64,000 nucleotides of DNA. It comes from an uncultured Alphaproteobacteria bacterium. Its GTDB lineage: Bacteria; Pseudomonadota; Alphaproteobacteria; Rhizobiales; Beijerinckiaceae. The notes under the pieces are model-generated. The model was given only the letters and a program-made list of their open reading frames with translations, did not search any database and was not told where the DNA came from. Shown in pieces: positions 19,377-28,662 of the stretch (positions are counted from its first letter, which is position 1; each line of letters begins with the position of its first letter). Location: the NCBI GenBank assembly GCA_963722205.1, contig CAVRKL010000001.1, positions 408,933 to 472,932 on the forward strand, written 5' to 3'. The position numbers and the translations under genes were made by a program.

Positions 19377-20583
19377 GAAGGTGGGTAGTTTCGACGACGT
19401 TGCGCATATACCCGGCTGGGTTCCAAAGCGCTTCCATCGGCTGAGATTGGCCGATCCAGTTGGTCGCTCGCACCCTTAGACGGTGTTGGCCCTTCGGCAA
19501 TCTCACGACCGCTCGCCATTCATGGAAGGAGTATTTTCCGAGACTCTCTCCAAGCGTTGCAGCCTGCCACGAGCGTCCGTCGTCGTGCGAGATAGCGACA
19601 TCGGCAATTCCGTGTCCGCCATCGAACGCAATGCCCCGCAATGGGATAGGCGCTCCCGCCTTCACTCTGGCGCCGTCGAGCAGGTTGGTGAGGAAGGAGC
19701 GCACGTTGAGGCGATTGATCTGAACTGTAGCTGACGGCGCTTTGCCCGGTTCCGTGCAGCTGCAATCATTTGCCGGAATCCGATAGGCCGTCTTCATCCA
19801 AAAACCGTCGAAGGCCTTGTCGAGAACCGTAATCTTATTCAGGTGCTTGACCCAATAGGTGCCATAGAAGCCCGGGACGATGAGTCTGACGGGGAACCCG
19901 TTGAGCCATGGCAAGTCCTCGCCGTTCATCGCATAGGCGATCATCACCTCTCCGTCTCGAGCGTGATCGATATCCAAGGCCTTGACAAAATCCGGGGTCT
20001 CGGGAAGGACCGGCTCATCGAGCCCGTCGAATGAAACTTGGGTTGCGCCAGCCTGCACTCCCGCTCTGTCGAGAACCGCCTTGAGCGGGACGCCCTTCCA
20101 GCGCGCATTTCCCATCGCGCCATTTCCGAGTTGCCCCCCGGCGACCCGCGGTTCGAAGAATCCGCGGCTGTTGCCCGAACACTGATTCACCGCCACGATT
20201 TCGGCGGGCTCGAATTCCGTCTTAAGTTCCTCGAGCGAGAGGGAAAGGGGCTTATCGACGTTGCCTTTGACTTCGACGCGAAATCCATCCGGATCAATCT
20301 CGAGCGGAATGTCGGCTAAATGGTAGCGGACAAAAAATGCATCGTTTGGCGTCAAAACACCCTGATTGAAGATGCTGAATGGCGTTTCGAGCTGAGGCGG
20401 CCGCGACGTGAGCGCGATCATCGGCGTTTTGCCCGGATATTTTACCAGTGGGCGCTCGCCATTGGCGAAAGGAAGCTTCGTTGTCTCGCTCGCGAAAGCA
20501 TCAACTCGTCCCACCGCAAAACTGCCCGCCGTTCCGACCATCGCGCCGGCTGCAGACTTCAGCATCCGCCGTCTGTCGAGCAC
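19366..20583 (-). CDS. sorA: Sulfite dehydrogenase molybdopterin subunit (SorA / sulfite oxidase family)
   Basis: Tat-like leader MLDRRRMLKSAAGAMVGTAG. Mo-pterin Cys region ...VNQCSGNSRGFF.... C-terminal dimerisation domain. Confidence 0.85.
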   Translation of the reverse strand: MLDRRRMLKSAAGAMVGTAGSFAVGRVDAFASETTKLPFANGERPLVKYPGKTPMIALTSRPPQLETPFSIFNQGVLTPNDAFFVRYHLADIPLEIDPDGFRVEVKGNVDKPLSLSLEELKTEFEPAEIVAVNQCSGNSRGFFEPRVAGGQLGNGAMGNARWKGVPLKAVLDRAGVQAGATQVSFDGLDEPVLPETPDFVKALDIDHARDGEVMIAYAMNGEDLPWLNGFPVRLIVPGFYGTYWVKHLNKITVLDKAFDGFWMKTAYRIPANDCSCTEPGKAPSATVQINRLNVRSFLTNLLDGARVKAGAPIPLRGIAFDGGHGIADVAISHDDGRSWQAATLGESLGKYSFHEWRAVVRLPKGQHRLRVRATNWIGQSQPMEALWNPAGYMRNVVETTHLLAT

Positions 20584-20779
20584 CGGCGCGCTCCCCTGAG
20601 ATCATGCCCCCGCAAAGGGATGAAGGCGGATGATCGTCCGCTGACCGGAGATCGAACGGGAAGGCCGCCTGCACCCCCGGCTTACTCGACACCACCTATG
20701 GAAGGGCGCGGCGGCATCAAGGCGTTCATCTTACTGCGCAAGAGCTGGCTCGGCAAATTCGGACAGTAAGGGCAGAAAT

Positions 20780-21526
20780 GTCAGTGACATTGTACGACAA
20801 ACGGGGTTTGATCGCCGCACGGTCGCCAAATGGATCCGAGCCGATGCGCTTCCCCAACGGAGCGCTTCGGCGCCAAAGACGACGTCCCCGCGGTATTTCG
20901 AGGATTATCTGTCACGCCGCTGGTCAGAAGGTTGCGTGCGCGGCCGGCGCCTTTTTCCAGGAAATTAAAGCACGTGGTTACACAGGGAGTTTTTCAAATC
21001 TCGAACGGCTATTGGCGAAGTGGCGCAATCCGAAACGCAAAGCGGCAACGACTGCGCCGATTGTTCCGAGGCCGCAGCCTCTTGATCCCGCGACTGGACG
21101 TTCGATCTCGCCGATTGTGGCCGCAGCGCTCTGCATCAAGCCGCGTGGATTGTTGACCGCCAATCAGACTGCAAAAGTCGATGCGATGAAAGAGAGCTGG
21201 CCAGGATTCGCCGCAATGCGTCGACTCGCCATGCGATTTAGGGGCATGCTCAAAAGCAAGAGCGTTGGCAAGCTCGGCGTCTGGCTGAAAGACGCTCAGA
21301 AGTCGGGCCTCTACGCGATGCAACGTTTCGCTCGCACGCTGCAGAGAGACATCGACGCGGTGAGGAATGCCGTTACCGAGCCTTGGAGCAATGGCCAAAC
21401 AGAAGGGCAGATCAACCGCCTGAAAGCACTCAAACGAATGATGTATGGCCGGGCTGGGCCAGAACTCCTCCGCGCGCGCATGCTTCCTCTGTAGCGGCTC
21501 CCGCAACAGAAAGTGAGGCAGAACCA
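20780..21526 (+). pseudogene. 5'-truncated ISL3-family element remnant (C-terminal transposase part plus right IR)
   Basis: About 99% identical by eye to 844-1514. It retains ~65 nt more upstream coding sequence (...VRQTGFDRRTVAKWIRADALP) than copy 1. The right IR is at 21502-21526. There is no left IR. Confidence 0.8.
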
Positions 21527-21589
21527 AATTAGCGGACGCGCGCGGGCGGACAACGACCTTTCTCAACCCCCCTCAACCACGACGCAAGG

Positions 21590-21653
21590 GCGCGCTGAGC
21601 GCGCGTTGAAGCCGGCGGACAGAGATTGGGGAGCTAATGCGCGCTCAGCGCGC
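21590..21653. repeat. Pair of self-complementary 15-mers (GCGCGCTGAGCGCGC / GCGCGCTCAGCGCGC) at the 3' end of nifQ
   Basis: 21590-21604 and 21639-21653 are reverse complements of each other, and each is a palindrome. Possible end-of-operon structure. No U-tract. Confidence 0.5.
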
Positions 21654-22293
21654 TCTGTCTATTATTGGCCGACAGGCCGACACGAGCGGAGACGTCCTTT
21701 GCGGCGCCTCTCGCCAGCGCCGCGCCCGCCTCTTCGCCGAAACAGGAATGGTAATCCGAGCATTCCCCGCAGCTCGGCGCGGCGCAAAGCGTGAAGCCTT
21801 CGAGCTCGCACAGACAACGAAAAAAGAACTTCTTCCACTTCATGTTATGCGCATTGCGCGCGAAAAGCTCAGGAAAACGGCTCGCGATCAGCCGGTTCAG
21901 CTCCACGCGGGAATGGAGCCCCAGATCCTGCCACAAGTGATTGGCCGACATCGACCGGCGCGCAAGCATGTCGATCAGCCAGTCGGTCTCGCGCGAATCA
22001 TCGATTCGATAGCGCTGGAAAAGCAGGCGCAACTGCTCTTCCTCCTCATCGAAATCGATTTTGGCCGGCTGCGTCTCACAGGCGAGACGCGAGACCTGGT
22101 CAGGGGCATAACGCTGCACGATCTCGCGAAGCGCCTGGCCGTGCACGCCGAGCGTCGCGCCCAGGCTTTTGCCATCCCCCGTCGCAACGCCAACCTCGAT
22201 CAGGCACAGGAATACATGCGCGAGGAAGGCGTCGTCCGAATCCAGCGCCGCGGCGTCGCACCCCGTATTTTCGAGCGGCGCCAACGCGGTCAT
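21634..22293 (-). CDS. nifQ: NifQ (Mo donor for FeMo-co synthesis)
   Basis: C-terminal CAAPSCGECSDYHSC (Cx4Cx2Cx5C) and ...HLWQDLGL.... The start at 22293 was chosen because it sits 2 nt after the fdxB stop. Confidence 0.85.
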   Translation of the reverse strand: MTALAPLENTGCDAAALDSDDAFLAHVFLCLIEVGVATGDGKSLGATLGVHGQALREIVQRYAPDQVSRLACETQPAKIDFDEEEEQLRLLFQRYRIDDSRETDWLIDMLARRSMSANHLWQDLGLHSRVELNRLIASRFPELFARNAHNMKWKKFFFRCLCELEGFTLCAAPSCGECSDYHSCFGEEAGAALARGAAKDVSARVGLSANNRQSALSAH

Positions 22294-22295
22294 CG

Positions 22296-22622
22296 TCACC
22301 CCACGAGCTGATCGGCCGACACGTGGGTCTGACAATTCTTCGGGCAGACTCGCGAGCAGGCGTTGCAGCCGATGCAAGAGCCGGGATGCTCGACCTTCAT
22401 GATCTTGCGGTTCAGCTCGCCGTCAAAATCATTGTCGTCGTCGTCGTCATCCGTCACCGCGCCGAGAATCTCTCCTTCGTCATTGACGCCATAAAGCGCC
22501 ATGACGTTTTGCGGACAGACCTTGAAGCAGCGACCGCAGCCGATGCAGGTCTCCGCACTGATGTCGGTCAGATATTGCGGCGTGTAGTCGGAGCCGTCAC
22601 GAGTCTTGAAAGCGCCCATCAC
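22296..22622 (-). CDS. fdxB: Ferredoxin III, nif-specific (2x[4Fe-4S])
   Basis: CIGCGRCFKVCP and CIGCNACSRVCP motifs separated by an acidic insert. Confidence 0.85.
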   Translation of the reverse strand: MMGAFKTRDGSDYTPQYLTDISAETCIGCGRCFKVCPQNVMALYGVNDEGEILGAVTDDDDDDNDFDGELNRKIMKVEHPGSCIGCNACSRVCPKNCQTHVSADQLVG

Positions 22623-22819
22623 ACGGCCTCCAATTCTTTGAGCTTTGCCCGCGCGGCTTCCAGAGCCGCATAGGTGTCATAAGTCTCCTGCGCGACGGTC
22701 AGGATGGTTCCCCAATTGATCGGCAACTCCTCCGAGAGGTCGTGGAGATTCATCTTCATGTTTGTCGCCTTGGCGGACAATTTCTTGATATCCGCCTTCA
22801 GTTCGTCGATCCCGCTCAC
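22619..22819 (-). CDS. Small nif-cluster protein (DUF683 / CCE_0567-like)
   Basis: 66 aa with ...KMNLHDLSEELP.... Occupies the canonical position between the DUF269 gene and fdxB. Confidence 0.65.
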   Translation of the reverse strand: MSGIDELKADIKKLSAKATNMKMNLHDLSEELPINWGTILTVAQETYDTYAALEAARAKLKELEAV

Positions 22820-22831
22820 AGCCCTTTCCTC

Positions 22832-23299
22832 TCAGTAGTTCGCGACTTGCGGAAATTTTTCGATCATCTCTACGCCGGCGGCGACATATTTCTCGCCCTC
22901 GGCCGCGAGCTTCTCCATCGTCTCGAAGCCGAAGCGATGAACGTCGCGCAGCTGCTTGTTGACGACGATAAGCCGCCCGGCGATCAGGATCATGCGGCCG
23001 AAGCCCTCATGGCTCATCTTCATCATCGGCGTGACCATATTGCCCGTGGCGCGTTCGATCGAAAGGCCGACCGCGTTGAAGAAGAGCTCGAGCCGCCAGA
23101 GAATCTCCGGGTCCGGATCGCCGATGATCGGCAGCTGCTTTCTCGCCTCCTTGTCGATGATGTAAGGCGAGAGAAGCTGCAGATCGCTCTTCTTGTCCCA
23201 GGTGCCGTGCGTGTCCTGCGCGCGCCACTGCTTGATGAGTTCCTTGATGAAGACGCTCTCCATCGTATCGGGCGTCGCGAGCGTTTCGGCCTCAGCCAT
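22832..23299 (-). CDS. NifX-associated nitrogen fixation protein (DUF269)
   Basis: ...[25 protein letters not shown]...[11 protein letters not shown]...[10 protein letters not shown].... Overlaps the nifX stop. Confidence 0.8.
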   Translation of the reverse strand: MAEAETLATPDTMESVFIKELIKQWRAQDTHGTWDKKSDLQLLSPYIIDKEARKQLPIIGDPDPEILWRLELFFNAVGLSIERATGNMVTPMMKMSHEGFGRMILIAGRLIVVNKQLRDVHRFGFETMEKLAAEGEKYVAAGVEMIEKFPQVANY

Positions 23300-23702
23300 T
23301 GGCGGTTTCCTCCTCGAAATCGAACACGCGCTCCTGTCCCTTCGACAGGATTTTGCGCAGCCAGGGCGCTGGATTAGCGTTGAGCATTGCTTTCAGCTTT
23401 TCGAGGAGATCGGCGATCTTCTCCGGTTGCTGCACCTTGATCGGGAATATATTGGCCGCTACGACGCGCGCCGCGCCGGAGCCGCCGATCGCCGCGACAT
23501 AGAGGATGGCCACGTCCTTCAGAGCTTCGAGCTTTGGGGCGAGCTTGTCCTCATTGCCGTCCTCCTGAAGATCGCCGGCGAACTGCACCGCTTTCAGGAA
23601 GGAGTAGCCATCGGTGTCGAGCTCGTAGATGGCGATGTTCTTCGCCCATCCGAAATGGGCGTCGACCCTTTCGAGGTCTTGGGTAGCGAATGCGACTTTC
23701 AT
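23292..23702 (-). CDS. nifX: NifX (FeMo-co precursor carrier)
   Basis: [28 protein letters not shown]... dinitrogenase Fe-Mo cofactor-binding fold. Confidence 0.85.
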   Translation of the reverse strand: MKVAFATQDLERVDAHFGWAKNIAIYELDTDGYSFLKAVQFAGDLQEDGNEDKLAPKLEALKDVAILYVAAIGGSGAARVVAANIFPIKVQQPEKIADLLEKLKAMLNANPAPWLRKILSKGQERVFDFEEETANG

Positions 23703-23718
23703 GTTGCCTCCCTAAGCC

Positions 23719-25119
23719 TTAGGCGAAGGTTTGGAGCTGAACGAGCGGCGAGGCCGGCGCGGACGCCGAATGCTCCGCCTTGTCACGGCCGGTGAGCGAC
23801 CAGGTTTCGGGATCGGGCTCATGCGTCTCGGCCATCAGCATGTTGCCGATCTTGAAGATCAGATCGCGCGAGCCGCGATAGCCGACGCTCGTCTCATGCG
23901 CCGCTCCCAGCCGATCGAACATGGGAAGCCCCATGCGATAGAAGGGGACGGCGAGCCGCTCGGCCGCCTGGCGGCCGTGCGAATGGGTGATCAGCAGATC
24001 CACGCCGGCCGCTCTATTCTCGAGGTCCTCGAGATCACCGATCAGAACCTCCGCGCAAGGAAGTTTCTCGTTGAGCGGCGAGGCGGTCGTGGTCACTGCA
24101 GCGCAAATTTCCGCGCCCATTTCGGTGAGGAAGGAGCCGATGCTCCAAAGCAGGTCTGGCTCGGTGCCGATGGCGACGCGCTTGCCACCGAAGTGGAAGT
24201 GGCCGTCGAGCATCGCGTCGACCAATTGTCCGCGCTGGCGGCGGAGCTTTAGCGGAACGGGCCGGCCGCTGAGGCGGGAGAGCAGCGCGACGAAGGCGTC
24301 GTTGACGGCCAGGCCGGCGAGCCGGTCGAACAGCGTGAAAGGAACGCCGGCGCGCGCCTCGAGCGTGAGCGCCGCTTCGCGCATCTGCTCGCCCAGAGCG
24401 AGTGTGTGGGCGGCGGTTCCCATTTCGGAAATTTCGGCCTTGGTGACGCCCCCAAGCGTCGTCGGCGTGAAATCCTGCGGGATGTGCCCATCGAGCGAGC
24501 CGGAGAGATCGGGCAGGAAAGTCGGGGCGAGACCGAAGCTCTCGATCACGTCGCGCAACTCGTCGATGTCGCCCGGCGTCAAATGGCAACCGGCGAGCAC
24601 ATTGACGCGCTGCGGCGCGCGGCGCGGCGGCGCCTCATATTGCGGCACGAAGGCTTCGATCAGCTTCGTGACCGTCTTGGCGAAGCCGTCCTGGAAGGCG
24701 CCCTTGAAGTCGGGCGTCGAGACATAGACGATGCCAAGCTCGTCGAGTTCCGGACGGCGCTGCCGCATGCTCTTGAGAAAGCCGTCGACGTCGTCGCCCT
24801 TGGTCTCGGTCACGCCGGTCGAGCAGATGCCGATCACCTGCGGATTGGCGCGCTTCACGATGTTGAGGATTGCGCTCTCGATGTTCTCGAGCCCACCGAG
24901 GATCGTCGCGACCTCGTTCATCGCCGTCGTCTGAAGCGGAATGGCCTCGCGGAAATGCCGCACGAACAGCACGAGGCCGAACGAGGTGCAGCCCTGCGAG
25001 CCGTGCAGCACCGGCATGCAGCTCGATACGCCCATGAAGGCCAGAGCCCCGCCGATCGGCTGGCTCATCTTGAGCGGATTGACCGCGCATGCCTTTTTGG
25101 ACTGCGAAACGACCGCCAT
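23719..25119 (-). CDS. nifN: NifN (FeMo-co scaffold subunit)
   Basis: MAVVSQSKKACAVNPLKMSQPIGGALAFMG...LHGSQGCTSF... The internal Met at 25119 was chosen as start, 8 nt after the nifE stop. Confidence 0.9.
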   Translation of the reverse strand: MAVVSQSKKACAVNPLKMSQPIGGALAFMGVSSCMPVLHGSQGCTSFGLVLFVRHFREAIPLQTTAMNEVATILGGLENIESAILNIVKRANPQVIGICSTGVTETKGDDVDGFLKSMRQRRPELDELGIVYVSTPDFKGAFQDGFAKTVTKLIEAFVPQYEAPPRRAPQRVNVLAGCHLTPGDIDELRDVIESFGLAPTFLPDLSGSLDGHIPQDFTPTTLGGVTKAEISEMGTAAHTLALGEQMREAALTLEARAGVPFTLFDRLAGLAVNDAFVALLSRLSGRPVPLKLRRQRGQLVDAMLDGHFHFGGKRVAIGTEPDLLWSIGSFLTEMGAEICAAVTTTASPLNEKLPCAEVLIGDLEDLENRAAGVDLLITHSHGRQAAERLAVPFYRMGLPMFDRLGAAHETSVGYRGSRDLIFKIGNMLMAETHEPDPETWSLTGRDKAEHSASAPASPLVQLQTFA

Positions 25120-25126
25120 GGCTCCC

Positions 25127-26779
25127 TCACGCCGCCTTCGTTGCAGGAAGGGCGCCAGAAGCGGCGATCGCCGCGATTTTTTCCTGACAGGAGCCGCAGC
25201 CCGTCCCCGCGCGCGTGACCGCGACGACATGGTCGAGATCGCCGTCCTTCAGGGCGTCCTCAATCTGGCCGAGGCTGACATTGTTGCAGCTGCAGATGCG
25301 CGTCGCGCGGCGGGCCTCCTCGGCGCGAGCAGGATCGGCGGCCAGCGCCGCGGCCTCGGCCTCGATCGCCCTCTCGGCGCGCTCCTCCCAGCTCGTCTCC
25401 TCCCAGGGCGCAGGCAAGCGAACCTGCTCCCAGACAGGATTGCTCAACGCCTTGTCGATCTCGGCGACGAGTTCGACCATGCCTTCGTAGCCGGCATAGG
25501 CATGATGACGCTCCTGGTTGATGTCGAGCCAGGGCATCTTGGCCTTGAGCGCGATGAATTGCGAACGGCCTCCCGAAAGCATGATGTCGGCGCGCGCTTC
25601 CCGCAGCATTTTGTACATTTCGCGCGGCGTCATGTCGTCGATCATATGGGCGTCGTTGCCCATCAGCTCCTTGATCTTTTCCTTGTCCTCTTTCGTCGAC
25701 TTCTTGACGCTGGTGCCGACGATCTCCATGCCGGCCTCCTGCAACGCCGCGACGACGGACCAGGATTTGACGCCGCCCGTGATGAGCAGCACGCGCTTGC
25801 CGGTGAGACGCTGCTTATAGGGTTCGATGCGCGTCCAGGCGCGCGCCTCCTCGCGCGCGATGAGGGCTTCCGTGCGCTCCATCAGTTCAGGCGGAGCGCC
25901 GCGCTCGATCAAGAGCCGCGCGATCTCGCGAAGCGAGTCGCTCGTGTCGCCGATGCCATAGAAGGAACCCTCGAAGAAAGGGATGCCGTAGCGCTCCTCC
26001 ATCTTTCGCGCGACATTGATCATGGCCTTGGAGCAGACCATCATCGCCGCCTTGGCGCGGTGCGAGGAGGCGACCTCCTTATATTTCGCGTCGCCGGAGA
26101 TGCAGGCCAGAATGCGAATACCGAGCTCGTCGAGCAGCGGCTTCACCTGCCATAATTCGCCAGCGAGATTATATTCGCCGATGATGTTGATGTCGTAGGG
26201 CGTGGTGTATTCCGGCTCTTCCGTGCCGATGACGTGGTCGAGGATCGCCTCGCCCGCGAGCTTGTTGCCGAGGTTCTTCGGGCCGACGAAGCCCGGCGAG
26301 ATCACCGGAATGACGGGCTTGCCGAATTTGCTAGCTGCCGCCTTGCAGACGGCCTCGATGTCGTCGCCGGTCATCGCCGGCACGCAGGTCTGATAGACGA
26401 AGACGGCCGGCGGATCGTATTTGTCGATGATTTCCTTAATCGACTTATAGAGCCGCTTCTCGCCGCCGAAAATGACGTCGTTCTCTGTGATGTCGGTCGT
26501 GAAGCCGGTGCGGTAGAGCCGCGACGCGGAGGATTTGGCGCCGCGATTGTCCCAGCTGTTGCCTTCGCAGGCGATCGGGCCATGCACGAGATGAGCGACG
26601 TCGGTGATCGGCTGCAGCGCGATCTTCGCGCCGTCGAAGGCGCAACCGCCGGCGGCGGCGCCGGGCGCGAGCTGCTTGGTGCACCCCTTCTTGCGCTCCT
26701 TTTCCGACTTGCCCTGATTCTTCCCGCAGCCGGGCTCGTTGAAGACGTCCTGGATCTTGCTGGCCAGACTGCTCATCAT
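25127..26779 (-). CDS. nifE: NifE (FeMo-co scaffold subunit) with C-terminal BFD-like [2Fe-2S] domain
   Basis: ...[36 protein letters not shown].... About 95 extra C-terminal residues contain ICSCNN...[12 protein letters not shown]. Confidence 0.9.
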   Translation of the reverse strand: MMSSLASKIQDVFNEPGCGKNQGKSEKERKKGCTKQLAPGAAAGGCAFDGAKIALQPITDVAHLVHGPIACEGNSWDNRGAKSSASRLYRTGFTTDITENDVIFGGEKRLYKSIKEIIDKYDPPAVFVYQTCVPAMTGDDIEAVCKAAASKFGKPVIPVISPGFVGPKNLGNKLAGEAILDHVIGTEEPEYTTPYDINIIGEYNLAGELWQVKPLLDELGIRILACISGDAKYKEVASSHRAKAAMMVCSKAMINVARKMEERYGIPFFEGSFYGIGDTSDSLREIARLLIERGAPPELMERTEALIAREEARAWTRIEPYKQRLTGKRVLLITGGVKSWSVVAALQEAGMEIVGTSVKKSTKEDKEKIKELMGNDAHMIDDMTPREMYKMLREARADIMLSGGRSQFIALKAKMPWLDINQERHHAYAGYEGMVELVAEIDKALSNPVWEQVRLPAPWEETSWEERAERAIEAEAAALAADPARAEEARRATRICSCNNVSLGQIEDALKDGDLDHVVAVTRAGTGCGSCQEKIAAIAASGALPATKAA

Positions 26780-26870
26780 TTCCTCCGCAAGCCGTCGCCT
26801 CCCACAGCGCGAAAAGCGCCGCGCGGCGACCAACTCTGACGATAAAGGGACAAATGAATCTTGCAGGCAG

Positions 26871-26898
26871 CCCTTCTCCCGCAGAAGCGGGAGAAGGG
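26871..26898 (-). other. Perfect 12-bp stem / 4-nt loop hairpin between nifK and nifE
   Basis: CCCTTCTCCCGC-AGAA-GCGGGAGAAGGG, 12 nt after the nifK stop. On the transcribed (minus) strand it is not followed by a U-tract. Confidence 0.7.
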
Positions 26899-26909
26899 AT
26901 TTTTGGTTC

Positions 26910-28469
26910 TTAGCGAATGATGTCGAAGCTGTAGTCCGACTTCGCCACAACATTGGTGTTGCGGTCGAGCTCGTCGAAGATCTTGTCGAGGATCCAGACG
27001 AGCACGTTCATCGAGCCCTGATAACCCCATACCGGATAGCGGTGATAATGGTGGCGATCGAAGATCGGGAAGCCGATGCGGATCAGCGGCGTGCCCGTGT
27101 CGCGATCGAGATACTTTCCGTAGGTGTTGCCGATCAGGAAGTCGACCGGCTCCGTGAACAGCAGCGACCGCATATGCCACAGGTCCTTACCCGCATAGGC
27201 GTGGCAGTCCCTGCCGAATGGCGAGCTCGCGAACAGGGCCTCCATCTTCGCCAGCCAGGGCTTGCCGCCGTTGGTGGAAAGCACGTGCACCGGCTCGGCG
27301 CCGAGTTCGAGCAGGAAGGCGGTGAGCCCCAGGCAGAGATCCGGATCGCCGTAGATCGCGAACTTCTTGCCATGGATATGCGCCGAGGAGTCGGCCATGG
27401 CGTCGACGAGGCGCCCGCGCTCCTTCGTCAGTTCCGCTGAGATCGGCTTGCCGGTGATGCGCGAGATCGCCATCAGGAACTCGTCGGTGCCCTTGACGCC
27501 CATCGGATGGTTGAGGGCGACGGTCTCTTGCCCATGCGCGGCGATCAGCGGCAGCGTCTTCTCGGTGCAATATTCCTGCATCGAGATCGTCGCCTTGGCG
27601 TGGATGGCGTTCGCCGCTTCCTCCAAGGTCGTGCCGCCGTCATACATGCGGAACTCGCCGTCGGTCGGCGTGTCCCACACGTCGCTGGCGTCGCCAAAGA
27701 TCGTGTAGTCGATGCCCATCGAGTTGAAGATCCGCTTGATCTCGCGGATATTACCGACGGTGTAACCGTCAAAGCCGCCGATGAAGTTGATCTTCTCGTT
27801 CGGGACGCGCTCAAGCTTCTCCGCCGTGCCGGCTTTGCCGTCCCAGAAATGCTCGATGATGCCCTTCATCACATTGTCGTAGCCGGTGATGTGGCTGCCG
27901 ACGAAGGCGGGCGTGTGGGCGAAGGGAACGTCGAACTCCTGCGGAACGGAGCCCTTCTCCTTCGAGGTCTTGATGAAGGCGTTGAGGTCGTCGCCGATGA
28001 CTTCCGCCATGCAGGTCGTCGACACCGCGATCATCTTCGGCTTGTACATATTGTACGTGTTGGCCAAGCCGTCGATCATGTTGTTCAGGCCGCCGAACAC
28101 CGCGGCGTCCTCGGTCATCGAGGAGGAGACGCAGGAGGTCGGCTCCTTGAAGTGACGCGAGAAGTGCGAGCGGTAGTAGGCGACGCAGCCCTGCGAGCCA
28201 TGCACGAAGGGAATCGTGCTCTCGAAGCCCACGGCGGCGAAGACAGCGCCGAGCGGCTGGCAGGCCTTGGCCGGATTGACGGTCAGCGCCTCGCGAGCGA
28301 AGTTCTTCTCGCGATACTCGTCGGTTTTGGTCCACTCGCGGACGCGCTCGAGCTCGGCGTCCGGGACCGCGTTCTCGAAGTTCTTCTTTTTGTTCTCGAA
28401 CATCTCCTTATATTCCGGCTGGCGGAACAGATTGAAGTGGTCGAGTACGTTGTCAGCATTCTGAGGCAT
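26910..28469 (-). CDS. nifK: Nitrogenase MoFe protein beta chain
   Basis: [28 protein letters not shown]...[12 protein letters not shown]...[14 protein letters not shown]... Confidence 0.95.
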   Translation of the reverse strand: MPQNADNVLDHFNLFRQPEYKEMFENKKKNFENAVPDAELERVREWTKTDEYREKNFAREALTVNPAKACQPLGAVFAAVGFESTIPFVHGSQGCVAYYRSHFSRHFKEPTSCVSSSMTEDAAVFGGLNNMIDGLANTYNMYKPKMIAVSTTCMAEVIGDDLNAFIKTSKEKGSVPQEFDVPFAHTPAFVGSHITGYDNVMKGIIEHFWDGKAGTAEKLERVPNEKINFIGGFDGYTVGNIREIKRIFNSMGIDYTIFGDASDVWDTPTDGEFRMYDGGTTLEEAANAIHAKATISMQEYCTEKTLPLIAAHGQETVALNHPMGVKGTDEFLMAISRITGKPISAELTKERGRLVDAMADSSAHIHGKKFAIYGDPDLCLGLTAFLLELGAEPVHVLSTNGGKPWLAKMEALFASSPFGRDCHAYAGKDLWHMRSLLFTEPVDFLIGNTYGKYLDRDTGTPLIRIGFPIFDRHHYHRYPVWGYQGSMNVLVWILDKIFDELDRNTNVVAKSDYSFDIIR

Positions 28470-28581
28470 GTCATTCCCCGTTGCGGTTCGAGGCGGAGCC
28501 TGCTCCCTTCCGCCGCTCGGGGAGGGGCTGGGGAAGCGGGTCGCGCGATCCCGATGTGGATCGATCAACCCGCCACCCTAG

Positions 28582-28643
28582 CCCTCCCCCAAAGGGCGTC
28601 CTTTTGGAAGCCCGTCGCAAGCAACGGGCTTCCGGGGGGAGGG
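28582..28643 (-). other. Multi-stem GC-rich structured element in the nifD-nifK spacer
   Basis: Outer 9-bp stem CCCTCCCCC/GGGGGAGGG (28582-28590 / 28635-28643). It encloses an 8-9 bp hairpin GGAAGCCCG...CGGGCTTCC and a second imperfect hairpin. Confidence 0.6.
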
Positions 28644-28662
28644 AACAGACTCAGCGTGTGAG

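Noticed and set aside
20777-20791. Perfect 15-nt palindrome AATGTCAGTGACATT upstream of sorA, as a possible regulator site.
   Set aside because: It coincides with the truncation junction of the ISL3 remnant and falls within ISL3-derived coding sequence (…VSDIVRQTG…). It is likely a fortuitous or junction artefact.
26780-26909. Search for a separate sigma54 promoter or NifA UAS in front of nifE.
   Set aside because: Only poor matches were found (for example TGGTCGCCGCGCGGCG), and no TGT-N10-ACA at a sensible distance. nifENX is more simply read as co-transcribed with nifHDK.
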